DNA from: Chrysomallon squamiferum
Taxonomy: Eukaryota; Animalia; Mollusca
DNA length: 64,000 nucleotides
NCBI GenBank assembly: GCA_012295275.1
Contig: CM022676.1
Span: forward strand, 10,850,001-10,914,000
Direction of reading: 5' to 3'
Below are positions 14,431 to 29,624 of the stretch, piece by piece (the stretch's first letter is position 1; each line of letters opens with the position of its first letter). The position numbers and the translations under genes were made by a program. The notes beneath the pieces are model-generated. The model was not told the origin of the DNA and did no database searches. It saw nothing but the letters and a program-made list of their open reading frames with translations.

Positions 14431-15272
14431 AAAAGAAAGAAACAATTTGAATCACCTGTTAAAATGATTGAGAATAACATAGATAGAAAATGAAGAGTTT
14501 ACTGAAGTTTTTGTCGCTTTTGTAAAAAATATTTGATTATTCTATATTATCTATAAGACGACATATAATTTCATCCTCGTTTCATGAACTTATATAATGT
14601 ATACTTCTATCTTATCTGCTGAAAATAATAACGGAACGTATATTTTCACACAAGATCTATACCAATCAGTTATTTAAGATATAAATATATTGCATTTTCA
14701 TTTCAGAGGTTTATCATGAATCAAATTCAGCCAAAAGAAAAAAAACACAAGACAAGAATTTTTTTTGAATCAAATCAGTTTGACCTTCACAATTATTTGA
14801 TATTTTTAATAATTATATTTTTCAGTTAAAAGAAAACAGAACTGTGGGATTACCTGGTAATACACATTCTGCATTACTAGCTGTCTGCCAGCAAAAGAAA
14901 TACAAGTAATATACACAGTACAGATGAAATAATTATAATGGCAGCGCTGTAATAGAGCAGTGGTAACAGCGTAATAGATATGTATATATATATACATATA
15001 TGTATACTTAACCAAAAAAGTTTAGCAAGTTTTTGTAAATGCTGTTGCTTCCAAATAAATTAAAATACAGTTATAAAAGTTGGTAATATGTTAGTTGTGA
15101 ATGCCCTGTCGCTTTCGTTAATGAAAAGAACACCATTTGTCATATCGCACACCGCTATGCCTACTCCACATGCTGTCACAGAAGTGTGTGCAATACAGAT
15201 GCACTGAAATCACATTTGTATGCACTCAACCAACATTATCCAAAAACAAAAGGAAAAATGTATCCTGTTATA

Positions 15273-15640
15273 ATGTCCAGGCTTAACGGCAAATCATGAA
15301 GCAATAGGACGGCTTAATGCCGGTCAAAATGGACACGATGTCTCTCAGTACTTTCGTGTTCATGACAGTACCACATCGCAACTCCGACAACACATACACT
15401 AAACTGGGCAAATGCTAAATCAACCTCGTTCTGGTAGACCACGATTAACTACTCCAAGGAAACACAGGTATTAAGTCATGTCATATCTATGTCACAGGTT
15501 CAAAAATGCTCCATGTTTGGCTCATACTTTGCAGCAAACCACAGGCACTAGAATTCATGCTGAAACTGTCTGTAGCCATCTCCACGCTGCTGGATTACAA
15601 GCACGTCGCCCTGTGGTAGCTGTTCCCCTGACGTCACGTT
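15273..15640 (+). mobile_element. Tc1/mariner transposase N-terminal remnant
   Basis: Broken frames read EAIGRLNAGQ...DVSQYFRVHDST, QPRSGRPRLTTPR and IHAETVCSHLHAAGLQARRPV, the paired-HTH/GRPR region of Tc1-like transposases. Confidence 0.85.
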
Positions 15641-17359
15641 CAGGAACGTCTGAGTAATTCCGGTCTGGTGAGGACAAATAGCGTCGGGAAATACTTCCGG
15701 TTTTCTGATCTTTCCGGATTTCAGTACACCGGATAATTGGTCCTGTACCTGTATAGCTGTTTACAACACATAGTTAACTTTCTTATCACAGATACCTGAT
15801 ATAAAAACAATAACAATTTCCCAGAATTAGCGTAAACGCAAATATACAAAATAAATAACAGCGATAAAACTTTTACTGTTATAGTATTTTAAAAGTATCA
15901 AGAGAATTAATAAATATTAAATAAGCCCTACTTTAGAAGTATTATTTGTATGAAATACAGTTTCATTCTTTATTTTCCATTGTTTATTTTACATTTCAAG
16001 TTAATATTTAGCGTGTATCCAGAAATGCAGCCCATCCGGTCTCTAACTTGCTGGATATATCGTTTGGCACATGTATCTGTTTTTATTCTACTTTTCTGTT
16101 AAATATCTGTTGTTACAGGGCCCTCGACATCAAATATCTGGAATGTATCTGTTAACTAGCAGTGAACAATATGATTTTAAGGCCATCTGACATCTATTTT
16201 AAAAATTAAATATACTGAAATGCAGATGAACCAGTAATTCTTCTAGAGAAATAAAAACAAAGCCGAGTTACGGTGTATTCACTATTTAGTTATGAAAATG
16301 ATGATGATGATAATAATAATAATAATGAGGACTAAAACAATTTCTAAAACATACATTTAAACATTGGCTTATCTATACTGAAAATAAATATGCTTTATCT
16401 GTATATGGGTAACCAGTATAAATACCTGGCTGCTTAGATATATTATACTCTAAACACAGATGCCAATTCTTTTATAAGTAAATATATAGAGTTGAAATGG
16501 GGCGGATAAAATAAAACATGAGACTTGATACTAAACAAATATTTCTTGGCTTTCAGTTTATCTAAAACTGAATTAATTGTGCTTCGTTTTGTTCCAATAA
16601 TCATGATAATTTCACGGGTACAGCACTCTTAGATACATACAGCTGAATTAACCATGTAAATTTCTCACTCCCCCCCCCCAAAATCCCCCCTAAAAACAAA
16701 AAACAAACCTCTATCTAAAATGTGAAATATATGTGTTAAATATGTTACTGGCATCAGTTGTTGCTAGACAGTAAAATAGAAACTGTATAAAACATGCATT
16801 CAACCTACAAACAAGAAAAGCATAAACTAAACGTTGTTATACATGTTTATCCCTGCATGTATGTTCCAGTAACATTATTATTTAATGTTAATATGAAATA
16901 TGAGCTTATTATTGAAATAAATGAGTTTGAAAAAAATCACAGAAAATATAATTAAAACGCAGCATGACATTATATAGGTTTATTCTATAATAATATTAAA
17001 AATCCGATGTGCTGCTTTATTGTTTCCCGACCTGTATGAAACATTTACGAAATTTAATTCCTTATCCTTCTATGTTCAACTGTGAAGAACATTTTACATT
17101 TTCTTTCAAATCATAAAATAATTACATTAATCTGTAAATGTATAATGTTGAACAAATTACCAGATGACAAAGCAAAACGGATAGGAACTGAGGAAACCTT
17201 GAATCTACAAAGGTTGGATTGTGACCTGGGACTATGAAAAACACTGTTGTAAGTCTTTTAAAATTCACATTAGTAAGAAGTTATTGTTAATAAAACGCAA
17301 TTAAAAGAAAATAACTCATAACAGGTGTTTTATCATTACCTAGGTATACGAAAACAAAA

Positions 17360-17408
<49 letters not shown>

Positions 17409-18099
17409 TAAATAAATAAATACACAAAATATTATAAAGGATATCAAATTTATGAAGTTAAACCGAAAAAATAACGAAGTGATACCCCAAAATTCAGTAA
17501 TTTTAGGCATAATTGTTTTATAAAATTCGCATATATTTCTTAAAAAGAAAGATAAGTATAAAATGTGCAAGGTACCAGGTTAATTGCATGAAAATAAAAT
17601 TCTACGTTCATTTACAGCTAATTAATTCATATGAATATAATTATAAACATTTAAAATACTGAAGTGGCATACAAATAAATACACAAATGACCTGAAGGAA
17701 GTGATAACAGTTTGTTTACCAATCCATACACAAATAACACATTTGCTGAAGCTAGGCGTATTGTTGTCGCTGTACATAGCTGATAGATTTCTGCAAAAAT
17801 AAACATAGGTACTACTGATATACATTTAACGCAAATTAATAATACTTCTAGAACAACAAACGGAAAACATTTTGCCACGTATATTGTTTGTTAAAAAATA
17901 AAATGAAATTCTAAAATATTTATTTAAAAAGTAACTTAATACAGATATACATCACAGTATATTTAGTTCAATACTGCGTCACAAATTTTTGTATACATTA
18001 CAGATATTATATATATCTTTGAACTGACTGGTTCTAATAATTCAAACGTATTGCGAGTACTATAGGTTTCCTTCCCTGCGAAAAGAATTAGACTCGTCC

Positions 18100-18109
18100 A
18101 TGACGTCAT
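18100..18109. promoter_or_regulatory. Perfect palindromic CRE (ATGACGTCAT) just upstream of the first exon of IgSF gene 2
   Basis: Motif seen ~40 nt before the ATG at 18151 in a locally CpG-richer patch. Function is inferred. Confidence 0.4.
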
Positions 18110-18150
18110 CCGCTCTCAAAGTAGCCTTGATTACTGAATATTATAGTAAA

Positions 18151-18174
18151 ATGCTTTACGGTGAAGATAATTTG
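18151..18174 (+). CDS. IgSF gene 2, putative first exon (MLYGEDNL; may be 5'UTR)
   Basis: ATG...TTG|gtgagt, a phase 0 donor in frame with the next exon. Confidence 0.4.
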
Positions 18175-20854
18175 GTGAGTTATTTGTTTATTTTAAACGT
18201 GGATATGATTTGTAAAATAATGTAAGTCATACATTACAATGTCGTTCGTTAATAATGTTTACAAAAGCAGTAAAATGATACGAAAGATTTCGAATAATCC
18301 CCTCCCCGCTTTTTAATCGTTCTAAACAGGTATCTACTATCGGAAGGAATTGTGTTAGAAAGTGGAGCTTATCTTTTCAGTGGGAAAATTATGAAAGAAA
18401 TATGTATAATGTGTAATCTAGCTGACGTTTCCTTGTAAATATTTGGATTAGATTTATTTCGTATGGTACTATTTGACAAAATTGATGAATTATGTCATAA
18501 GAAAGAGAGAAAGTGAAAAAAGTCAGGCAGCAGCAGCAACATCAATTGCTATGGCCACATCATTAGCTGAGAAAACCACACATTTTGGTATTATTTTGAT
18601 AAATCTGAATGTGTATACTATGTCATGATGTTTGTTGTTTTTTGAAAAATGTAGCAGTAATGACAAAATAGATACACAAATAATAGACTCCTTTCAAAGA
18701 AAGCTAAAACGTGCCACCTTCAACTGCAGCACAGAGACAGCTTTGGTCACATATTTATAACATAAATAGGTCATTTTACACAGGAAACAAACAAATGACA
18801 ATTATTTCCTCAGTATGCCTGGAAAGTGCTTGGAAAAACCACTAAAATGATAACTTGAAAAATCTGAATTTTATGTTCTAGAAAGTTTTCATTTTTCAGT
18901 CAGTTGTTTTAGGTTTCATTGAAACAAATGCTCTGATAGATGTTAATGAAATTGTCATTTCTTACTTTAAAAGCAAGATAATTATGAAATTTTCTAGGAT
19001 AACAAATTAATTAAAATTAAAACTAATTAATTAAATTATATAAAATAAAGTTTAATACAAATACAGACATATGGCAGTATTTTGAATATGTCACCTAACA
19101 TGAAGTAACAAGTTTGTTTATGGTCTGGATATAATTATTGTTAACTTTGATAATTTTTCCCAAAAGCTAGAAATTAAGAAATATAACTGATCTGAATTTT
19201 ATTTAGGTTTTGATGGTGTTAATCAAAAAATCAAAAAGGATAATTTAAAAGTACTTTTGTTTGGGTGAATCAATACAAAACTAATGCTGGAGTTCTTCCG
19301 TGTCAATGTGATAAAGACACCAGACATTGACTCTAAGAACCTGGGAATGATGGAAAGTGCTGTACTTTCAAATACCTAGTCATATAAATTTGTAACAAAT
19401 CTACTTTAACTTGTCAGATTTGTTAATTAATTAAGGTTTGTTCAACAGTGACTCATGCACCCATACTAAAGCCATAATCAGTTAAACTTTCTAGATGTAA
19501 ACTTCCAAGCACATTCTGCATATGATTCAGTATTGTCTATTCTCTTATGTAGTGTCTTCATGGCACTAAACACTTTCCTTTTAACTGTTCTGCCAATGCC
19601 ACCTACAGCACCTGTATTGTGTGAAGTGGCAAACAAATGACAGTTTGCTGAAATTTAGAATTCATGAGGTTAGTGCAAAACATAAATTTGATTTTTGCTT
19701 GAAGTGTTGACTGGCTCCATAAAAATTTGTTTATAGGTTCTGAAGAATTACTTTGATGAAAACAGCAACAGCATATTTGTTGTCGTTTAAGTAGTCAGAC
19801 ACAATACAGAATGAATGTGATAAACCTTGAGCAAAACTCTATATGTTTGCCATCTGACTTTTTCTTCAGGGTATTATTTCTTATCACCCTTTAAGTTGTA
19901 GATCATGTGCAAAGTATTTTCATGCTGCATAGATCACATGCCAAAGCAGGATCCAATGTTTTTGAACTTGTTACTCCTAATTCAGTATCATAATGCTTAA
20001 GTCTGAAAAATCAAGTTACATGTCTGAAGAAAAGTATTTTGTGCTATTTAAAATTGTTACATTTTTACTGTAGACATTTAACTGCATAGTGCTTATTAAA
20101 AAATCTATTTATATTAAAAGGTTACTTTTATTTAACAAAAAAATGGGATTTGCTAAAATTAGTACAATTTTTTAATGGTTTGATTTATCTAAAAAATATG
20201 AATTGTTCTAGTAACTAGATGTTAACAGTTTTCTAATCATATCAGTAAAGCTCCTATGTTTATTTTCCCCGAATGTTTCATTTTTCTTGATCTTGTGCAA
20301 AAATAAATGTTATGGAGATGAGTTTTCATTTCTTAATAAAATTAGTTAAATAATGAGATAATTCAAGACCAACATTTTAATGTAGAAATAATAAGAGTTT
20401 ATCTGTGGTAAAGATTTTCTTCATTGTGTATTTTTAATTTAAAATATTGATGAAAACAAAATCTCACATCAGTCAAAAGATTTTCATATTTTATTATTTA
20501 TGTAGTGTAAATTATAATGAACCAAATAGCACGAGATGCCACTTCAATCTGAATGGCTCAGATTATGATAAAATTTAGTTGCTGAGATTTTTTGCTCAAA
20601 AGATTGGTGGCTATGCCCATTTTGACAAAAAATGTAATTTTTGAAGAATAACATCCCAAAAGTATTGATCTGATAAAGATAAAAAGAACTTATAAAACAA
20701 TTTTTATCAAAATCTGAATCAGTCAGGCTACAACCAGTGTGTGGTCCTAAATATTATTTATATACAAATAAATTAGGTCAGTTCATTATGTTCAGTTATT
20801 TTTTATTTTTTTTTTAACCATAAATACTGTTGTTTTTTTTGTTCTGTTTTACAG

Positions 20855-20924
20855 GTTATGAAGATTATGAAATTTCAAATAATCCTCATTTTTACAAGCA
20901 TTGCATTTATCAATAGTACTTTAG
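20855..20924 (+). CDS. IgSF gene 2, signal-peptide exon
   Basis: gttttacag|VMKIMKFQIILIFTSIAFINSTL-G|gtgagt; hydrophobic leader ending in phase 1. Confidence 0.8.
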
Positions 20925-21665
20925 GTGAGTTAATTGCATCTCCATTTTTTTTTAATTTTGATTCTCTGTAAGTCACAACACGTTCCTATATATGTTTGAA
21001 ATAATGAGAATTATTACTTCCAGTACACTTTTTTCTAATCTGAAACACTTGTAAATTTTAGTTTAGTGGCTGAAGCTTTTATTTACTTACACATTTTTTA
21101 GAATCTCATTTTTCATGTATGTTGAAACTAACAAAATCATAAGAAGCATACATAATTGTGCTCTCATTTCTTATAGCAGATTTTAGACTTAACAATCAAT
21201 ATATGCATGGTAATTATGATACACAAAATCATATGTAATATCAGAAGTACTCTGAAGATTTTGAAATTTTGTTAATACTAAAGGTCTTATATTGTGACAT
21301 TAATCATACACAGAAAATGAATTGAAAACTAACTTTAATTTTTTTATTAATTATTATTATTTTTTATTGGTATATTTGTGGTGAATTTTGTAGGGTATAG
21401 TATTGTTAGTCACCCTTAACAAGAAGTATTATCAGACTCCAGGCCCATCTGGATTGTTGTTATTATTGTTGTTGTTATTTGTATCTGTTCTCACTTGTTT
21501 TTTTTTTTTTTTTTTTTTTTTGGGGGTGTGTGTTGAAGGACAAGAAATAAATTAAAGAAATAAGTATATTTATGAATGTAAACTAAAATAAAAATAAAAA
21601 TAAAGAAAACATTTAATACATTAAACATGCACACATATTCACACACTCTTACTTCATTATTTCAG

Positions 21666-21974
21666 GTCAGTATGTCATAACACAGTCTGAAGACTCAGTT
21701 CTAAAAGGATCATCATTAGTACTTACGTGTAATACTGGAAGCAATAAAACTGGATTAGCTTGGAATCGGGTTGGTATTAATATCTTCGTAGTCCAAGGAG
21801 CAGGTACAAGTTGTAATGGAACTCTGCCACCAGAATATGACTACACATGCTCTGAAGGGATTATGTACAACTTAACAATACGTAATATCCAGTTCAATGA
21901 AAATGGAATAGAATGGAAATGTCAGCCTTTATTTGGAGGAGATGACAGTAATATCGTAATAGTAAATGTCACTG
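21666..21974 (+). CDS. IgSF gene 2, V-like Ig exon (intact; not in the ORF track)
   Basis: atttcag| ... |gtaagt, 309 nt, phase 1-1, open: QYVITQSEDSVLKGSSLVLTCNTGSNKTGLAWNR...SCNGTLPPEYDYTC...YNLTIRNIQFNENGIEWKCQP...IVIVNVT. Confidence 0.9.
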
Positions 21975-23369
21975 GTAAGTTTTGATAACTATAGTTGTGT
22001 GTATGAGGTAGACAATTTTATCCCATCCTAAACAAATTGAAATATTTAAAATTATTTCTTATATTTTAGCAGACATTTTAATGATAACCTATATAAACCA
22101 CAGATAATAACTGAAAATGTGAGTTTTATTTTTTAACCTTTTAAACTTGAAATAAAGGAATGAAAATATTTTGTAGAATATTTTTTATATTTTCTTTCTT
22201 TCAGGTGTTTGTTTCATGGAATTCAATATATCATGGAAAATTTTGTTTTCAAAATATATAATAACAATAGTTACTAATTAGCTAATGAGTTTGAATGATG
22301 AGCAATTGCTCATTACAAGTAGCAGTTTTAGGATTCATTTTGTATCTGTGACATTCAGTGTCAATTTAGCCAGTGAGTGTAACCCCAACTGATTCACATT
22401 TGATATTTGTGGTGAAAATGGGCATAACCATCAGTCTTTAGACCCAAATATCTCAGCAGTCTGTTAAAGTTGCAGGAAAGGTAATTCTGTGAGGAATTCA
22501 AATCTGTGATTACTTTTAGTTTTGGACGTCAAACGTTCATATTTTTTCTCTTCTTAAGTCAGCAATTATGTTTGTCTTGAAAGAGCCATTGTATTTTTTA
22601 TTATTATTTTTTTCAATTTTTATTGTTTTACTCAGAATAGGCAGGTATTGCAGTTTTATTAACTTTTCATTTGGAAACAAGATGTACACATGAGTAGGAC
22701 TTTTCTGTTAAAATTTGAAATGTACTTTTGTTGCTTGTGTCGATGTCATCCATCAGTTTCTTCTCAATATTCTTTCCAGTAAGTTTAATTAGATAGTCAC
22801 AGCATACCTGGTCACATAATAGATTAGTTGTACAAGCAACTTTTTTTGCAAATATCCAAATCTGACCAGTATTTTAAAATGGCCACAATATTCTTCAACA
22901 GCCTTCAAGGACAGTGCATTGTAAATATCTATCTTCTGTTTTGTATACTATTAAAGCTTTTGAATCAGAATGTAAATTTTCACAATATAAATGAAAACTT
23001 TCAATAATAAACTTTACTAAATATTCAAAGAACTGATTTTCACATAAATTTCACAAAGTAAATGAATCTTACAATAATAAACTTAATATTTCGTGAAAAC
23101 CACAACCTGAAATAAATTATTTTTACCTAGGTGCCACTTCAGCAACTGGTGTTTATTATACAACCCTATTACTCATATTAAGGTTAAGGTATTTCACTTT
23201 ACTAATAATTAAAATAAATGAAATAAATGAAATTAAAAAAAGAAAAAGAAAAGAAAATGTTAAATTGTGTTTTCTTCCATTTGGAAATAAATCTTTTACA
23301 GTGGTAAAAATTAGTACATATTAATTCACAAGATTTCTATATTAATTATTTTATTTTTTCATTTTAAAG

Positions 23370-23662
23370 TTCCTTTGGAGAAAGTCTCTATAACAAGTGA
23401 ATCAACCCCAGTAAAGTCAGGGATTCTTACACAGATGACCTGTTCAACTAACCTTGCCATCCAGAAGCTGTAATCATGGACTTTAAATGGTACAAAGATA
23501 ACAGATGGCATTACCAGCTCCACTGAGACAATTGTTGACTCTGGTATTGTAACAAGAGCAGTTTCAATAAAAAGTATAGTATAGAAGATAATGGGAAATG
23601 TTTGGTTTGTTCAGCTACTAGTGGTGAATATGTGTCATCTAACATCACCCTTGATATCACAG
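23370..23662 (+). CDS. IgSF gene 2, C2 Ig exon (frameshifted as assembled)
   Basis: ttttaaag| ... |gtaggt, 293 nt. Restoring three small deletions (1+2+1 nt, guided by the inverted copy) gives a 297-nt phase 1-1 exon: MTCSTNPCHPEAVITWTLNG...EDNGKCLVCSAT...NITLDIT. Confidence 0.7.
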
Positions 23663-24096
23663 GTAGGTTTCATTCATATTAATTCATAATGGTATACTAG
23701 AAGTTATTATTATTAATATTATTTTACAGTGGGTAGGCAGACACACACACACACACACACAACACAATATGCTTTAATCAGTTACTTTCTTGGCAGACAG
23801 TCCATAGAATCACCCTGAAATAACAGTTAAGCATTAATAATGTGTTTTGTATCCCCTATCAATTCAGCATCAATAATAATATGTAAATTAACCTCTAAAG
23901 GTCACTGTTTTTTGGATGAAGCTCAGATTTTGCAGATTTATATTTTATTTTGTCATCTATTAGAAGATTTGCCAAGATGAGGCCTTCAAAGGAATGGAAA
24001 TTGTATGAGAAAATTCTAACCATTTAAAGGCACAGATATTCAGCCATCTTGAAAACTATTGAAACTAATTTCTTAAAGTCTGCTTATTCTGAAAAA

Positions 24097-24136
<40 letters not shown>

Positions 24137-24269
24137 TTATAACAAAAATAAACAACTAAGATATACAGTATCTTCTGTGCATAGAGGAATCTACACTGAC
24201 AAAATAATAGCTGAGGTTAATGAATAATTTGTAATTTAAACAGAAAACAATTCATTTTAAGAATGAAAA

Positions 24270-24469
24270 NNNNNNNNNNNNNNNNNNNNNNNNNNNNNNN
24301 NNNNNNNNNNNNNNNNNNNNNNNNNNNNNNNNNNNNNNNNNNNNNNNNNNNNNNNNNNNNNNNNNNNNNNNNNNNNNNNNNNNNNNNNNNNNNNNNNNNN
24401 NNNNNNNNNNNNNNNNNNNNNNNNNNNNNNNNNNNNNNNNNNNNNNNNNNNNNNNNNNNNNNNNNNNNN
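24270..24469. other. Assembly gap, 200 N
   Basis: Direct observation; the round length suggests a scaffolding spacer of unknown true size. Confidence 0.99.
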
Positions 24470-26008
24470 GTCACACACAACAGTCACACACAACAGTCAC
24501 ACACACAACAGTCACACACACAACAGTCACACACAACAGTAACACACACAACAGTCACACACAACAGTCACACACACAACAGTAACACACAACAGTCACA
24601 CACACAACAGTAACACACAACAACACACAACAGTCACACACACAACAGTCACACACAACAGTCACACACACACAACACAGTCACACACACAACAGTCACA
24701 CACACAACAGTCACACACAAGTCACACACAAACAGTCACACACACAACAGTCACACACACAACACACACACACAGTCACACACAACAGTCACACACACAA
24801 CAGTCACACACACAACAGTACACACAACAGTCAACACAGTCACACACACACAGTCACACACACAACAGTCACACACAACACACACACACAACACACACAC
24901 AACAGTCACACACAACAGTCACACACAACACACACACACACACAACACACACACACACACACAGTCACACACAACAGTAACACACACACAGTCAGTAACA
25001 CAAACAGTCACACACACACACACAGTAACACACACAGTCACACACAACAGTCACACACACAACAGTCACAACACACAACACACACACAACAACAGTCACA
25101 CACACACACACAACAGTAACACACACAACAGTCACACACACAACACACACACACAACAGTCACACACACACAACAGTCACACACACAACAGTCACACACA
25201 CAACACACAACACACACACAAACAGTCACACACAACAGTCACACACAACAGTACACACAACAGTCACACACACAACAACAGTCACACACACAACAGTCAC
25301 ACACACACAACAGTCACAACAGTCACACACACAACAGACACACACACAACAGTCACACACACACACAACACAACAGTCACACACAACACACACACACACA
25401 ACAGTCACACACACAACAGTCACACACACACACACAACACACACACACACACACACACAACACACACACACAACACACACACAACACACACACACACAAC
25501 ACACAACACACACACAGTACACACACACAACAGTCACACACACACAACACACACAACAGTCAACACAACAGTCACACACAACAGTCACACAACAGTCACA
25601 CACAACAGTCACACACACAACAGTCACACACACACACAACAGTCACACACACAACACACACACAACACACACACAGTCACACACAGTCACACACAACAGT
25701 AACACAAACAGTCACACAACAGTCAACACACAACAGTCACACACACACAACAGTAACACACAACAGTCACACACACACAACAGACACACACACACAACAG
25801 TCACACACACAACAGTCACACACACACAACACACACACACAACAGTCACACAACACACAAACAGTCACACACAACAGTAACACACACAACAGTAACACAC
25901 AACAAACAGTCACACACACAACAGTCACACACACACAGTAACACACACACACAACAGTCACACACACACAACAGTCACACACAACAGTCACACACACAAC
26001 ACACACAC

Positions 26009-26044
<36 letters not shown>

Positions 26045-29022
26045 CACACACACAACAGTCACACAACAGTCACACACAACAACACACACACAACAGTAAC
26101 ACACACACACACAACAGTCAACACACAACAGTCACACAGTCACACACAACAGTCACACACAACAGTAACACAACAGTAACACACACACACAACAGTCAAC
26201 AGTAACACACACACACACACACACAACAGTCACACACACACACAACAGTCACACACACAGTCACACACAACAGTCACACACACAACAGTCACACACAACA
26301 GTCACACACAACAGTCACACACACACAACACACACACAACAGACACACAACACACACAACACACACACAACAGTCACACACACAACAGTCACACACAAAC
26401 AGTCACACACAACAGTCACACACAACACAGTCACACAACAGTCACACACAAACAGTCACACACACAACAGTCACACACACAACAGTAACACACACACAGT
26501 CACACACACAACAGTAACACACACACAGTCACACACAAACAGTCACACACACAACAGTCACACACACAACAGTCACACACACAGTCACACACACAGTCAC
26601 ACACAACAACACACACACACACACACAACAGTCACACACAACAGTCACACAACACACACAACAGTCACACACACACACACACACACAGTCACACACACAA
26701 CAGTCACACACACACAGTCACAACACACACACACAACACACAACACAACAGTCACACACAACAGTCACACACACAGTAACACACAGTCACACACACAACA
26801 GTCACACACAACAACAGTAACACACACACAGTAACACACAACAACAGTCACACACAACAGTCACACACACAGTCACACACACAACACACACACACAACAG
26901 TCACACACAACAGTCACACACAACAGTCACACACACAACAGACACACACAACAGTCACACACAACAGTAACACACAACAGTCACACACAACAGTCACACA
27001 CAACAGTCACACAACAACACACACACAACAGTCAACAACACACACAACAACAACACAACACACACAACAGTCACACACACAACAGTCACACACACAAACA
27101 ACAGTCACACACACAGTCACACACAACACACACACACACAACACACACACACACACAACAGTAACACACAACAGTCACACACAAACAGTAACAGTACACA
27201 ACACACACACAACAGTCACACACAACAACAGTCACACACAACAGTCAACACACAAACAGTCACACACACACAACAGTCACAACACACACAACACACACAA
27301 CAACAGTCACACACACAAACAGTCACACACAAACAGTCACACACACAACAGTCAACACAACAGTCACACACAAACAGTCACACACACAACACACAACACA
27401 CACACAAAATAGTCACACACACACAGTCAGTCACACACAACAGTAACACACACAACAGTCACACACAGTCACAACAGTCACACACAACAGTCACACACAC
27501 AACAGTCACACACACAACAGTCACACACACAACAGTCACACACACACACACACAACAGTCAACACACACACACAACAGTCACAACAGTCACACACACAAC
27601 AGTCACACACAGTCACAACACACACAACAGTCACACAACAGTCACACACAACACAGTCAGTAACACAACAGTCACACACACAACAGTCACACACAACAGT
27701 CACAACACACACACAACAGTCACAACAGTCACACACACAACACACACAACAAACAGTCACACACAGTCACACACACACACACAGTCAACAGTCACACACA
27801 ACAGTCACACACAACAGTCACACACACACACAGTCACAACAGTCACAGTCACACACACAGTCAACACACACAGTCACACACACAACAGTCACACAAACAA
27901 CACACAACAGTCACACACACAACAGTCACACACAACAGTCACACACACAACAGTCACACACACACACACAACAGTAACACACAACAGTCAACAGTCACAC
28001 ACACAACAGTCACACACACACAACAGTCACACACACAACAGACACACACACAACAGTCACACACAACAGTCACACACAGTCACACACACACAACAGTCAC
28101 ACACAACAACACACACAGTAACACAACAGTCACACACACAACAGTCACACACACAACAGTCACACACACAAGTCACACACAACAGTCACACACACACACA
28201 CAACAGTCACACACACAACAGTCACACACAACAGTCACACACAACAGTCAACACAACACACACACAACAGTCAACAGACACACACACAACAGTCACACAC
28301 AACAGTACACACACAACAGTAACACACACAGTCACACAACAGTCACACACAACACACACAACAGTAACACAACAGTCACACACACACACACACACACAGT
28401 CACACACACAACAGTAACACACACACACAACACAACAGTCACACACAGTCACACACACAACACACACAACACACACACACACAACAGTAACACAACAGTC
28501 ACACACAACAGTCACACACACAACAGTCACACACAACAGTCACACACAACAGTCACACACACAGTAACAACAGTCACACACACAGTCACACACAACACAC
28601 ACACACAACACACACAACAGTCACACACAACAGTCACACACAGTCACACACACACACACACACACAACACACACACAGTACACACAACAGTCACACACAC
28701 AGACACACACACAACAGTCACACACACACACAACAGTCACACACAACAGTCACACACAACAGTCACACACACACAACAGACACAACAGTACAAAGTAGTC
28801 ACACACACAACACACACACACACACACACACACAACAGACACACACACAACAGTCACACACAACAGACACACACAAGTCACACACACAACAGACACACAC
28901 ACAACAGTCACACACACAACAGACACACACACAACAGACACACACACAACAGACACACACACAACAGACACACACACAAGTCACACACATAACAGACACA
29001 CACACAACAGACACACACACAC
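24470..29022. repeat. CA-rich satellite, core CAACAGT(CA)n
   Basis: About 4.5 kb of irregular ACAACAGTCACACAC units with GTAA/AGAC variants. Confidence 0.95.
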
Positions 29023-29100
29023 AGAACATACAACAGTGTATGTTACAAAACACTGAACACACCTGTGACTGGATGTGAAAATGGAAATTAATAAACTTAC

Positions 29101-29164
29101 CAGGTGTTACACTCTACCACTGTCTTCGCACCATCGGAGAAATGTTTGTCTTCCAGAAAACATT
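29101..29164 (-). CDS. FSTL1: FSTL1-like exon (start of VWC-like domain)
   Basis: tttcag|KCFLEDKHFSDGAKTVVECNTC|gtaagt, phase 1-2; compare human FSTL1 [22 protein letters not shown]. Confidence 0.9.
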
Positions 29165-29511
29165 CTGAAAGAAATTAAACAGTGTCTTTGTCTATGTAGA
29201 TATGTTTATACGTGTGTGACTGTGTTTGTGTTTGCTGTGTGTTTTTGCCTGTGAGAATCTGTGCCTGTGTTTCTGTGTATGTTTGTGATGTGTTGTGTGC
29301 ATGTTGTCTGTGTGTGTTGCGTGTGTGTGTATCTAAGTCTATATATAAATGTATATGCATGTGTTTATGTTTCTGTGTGTGAATGTGTAACTATGTATGT
29401 ATGTGAATGTGTGTGTGTATGTTGCGGTGTCACTGTGTGTGTGTGTGTTGAGGTGTCACTGTGTGTGTGTCACTGTGTGTGTGTATGTTTTGTTCAGTGA
29501 CTGACACTCAC

Positions 29512-29624
29512 TTTTTGGTTGAGGTTTGAACTGTGGATGAAGAAGATGAAGAAATTCTCTGAAGTCCAGCGCCCAGTTTCCATCGTGGTCACCCAGACTG
29601 ACCAATGCGTCCACACACAGACCT
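29512..29624 (-). CDS. FSTL1: FSTL1-like exon (EF-hand 2)
   Basis: acaacag|[38 protein letters not shown]|gtgagt, phase 2-1; compare human [36 protein letters not shown]. Confidence 0.92.

Noticed and set aside
14455-14620. Possible leader exon for the inverted Ig copy (…LHFLSMLFSIILT-G|GTGATT)
   Set aside because: In-frame stop just upstream, weak donor and no similarity to the gene 2 leader.
17622-17878. Minus-strand ORFs with a hydrophobic start and several Cys
   Set aside because: GTG start, no recognisable domain or supporting splice structure; chance-level length.
24470-29062. Metallothionein-like CVCDCC ORFs
   Set aside because: Translations of a CA-rich satellite with irregular indels.
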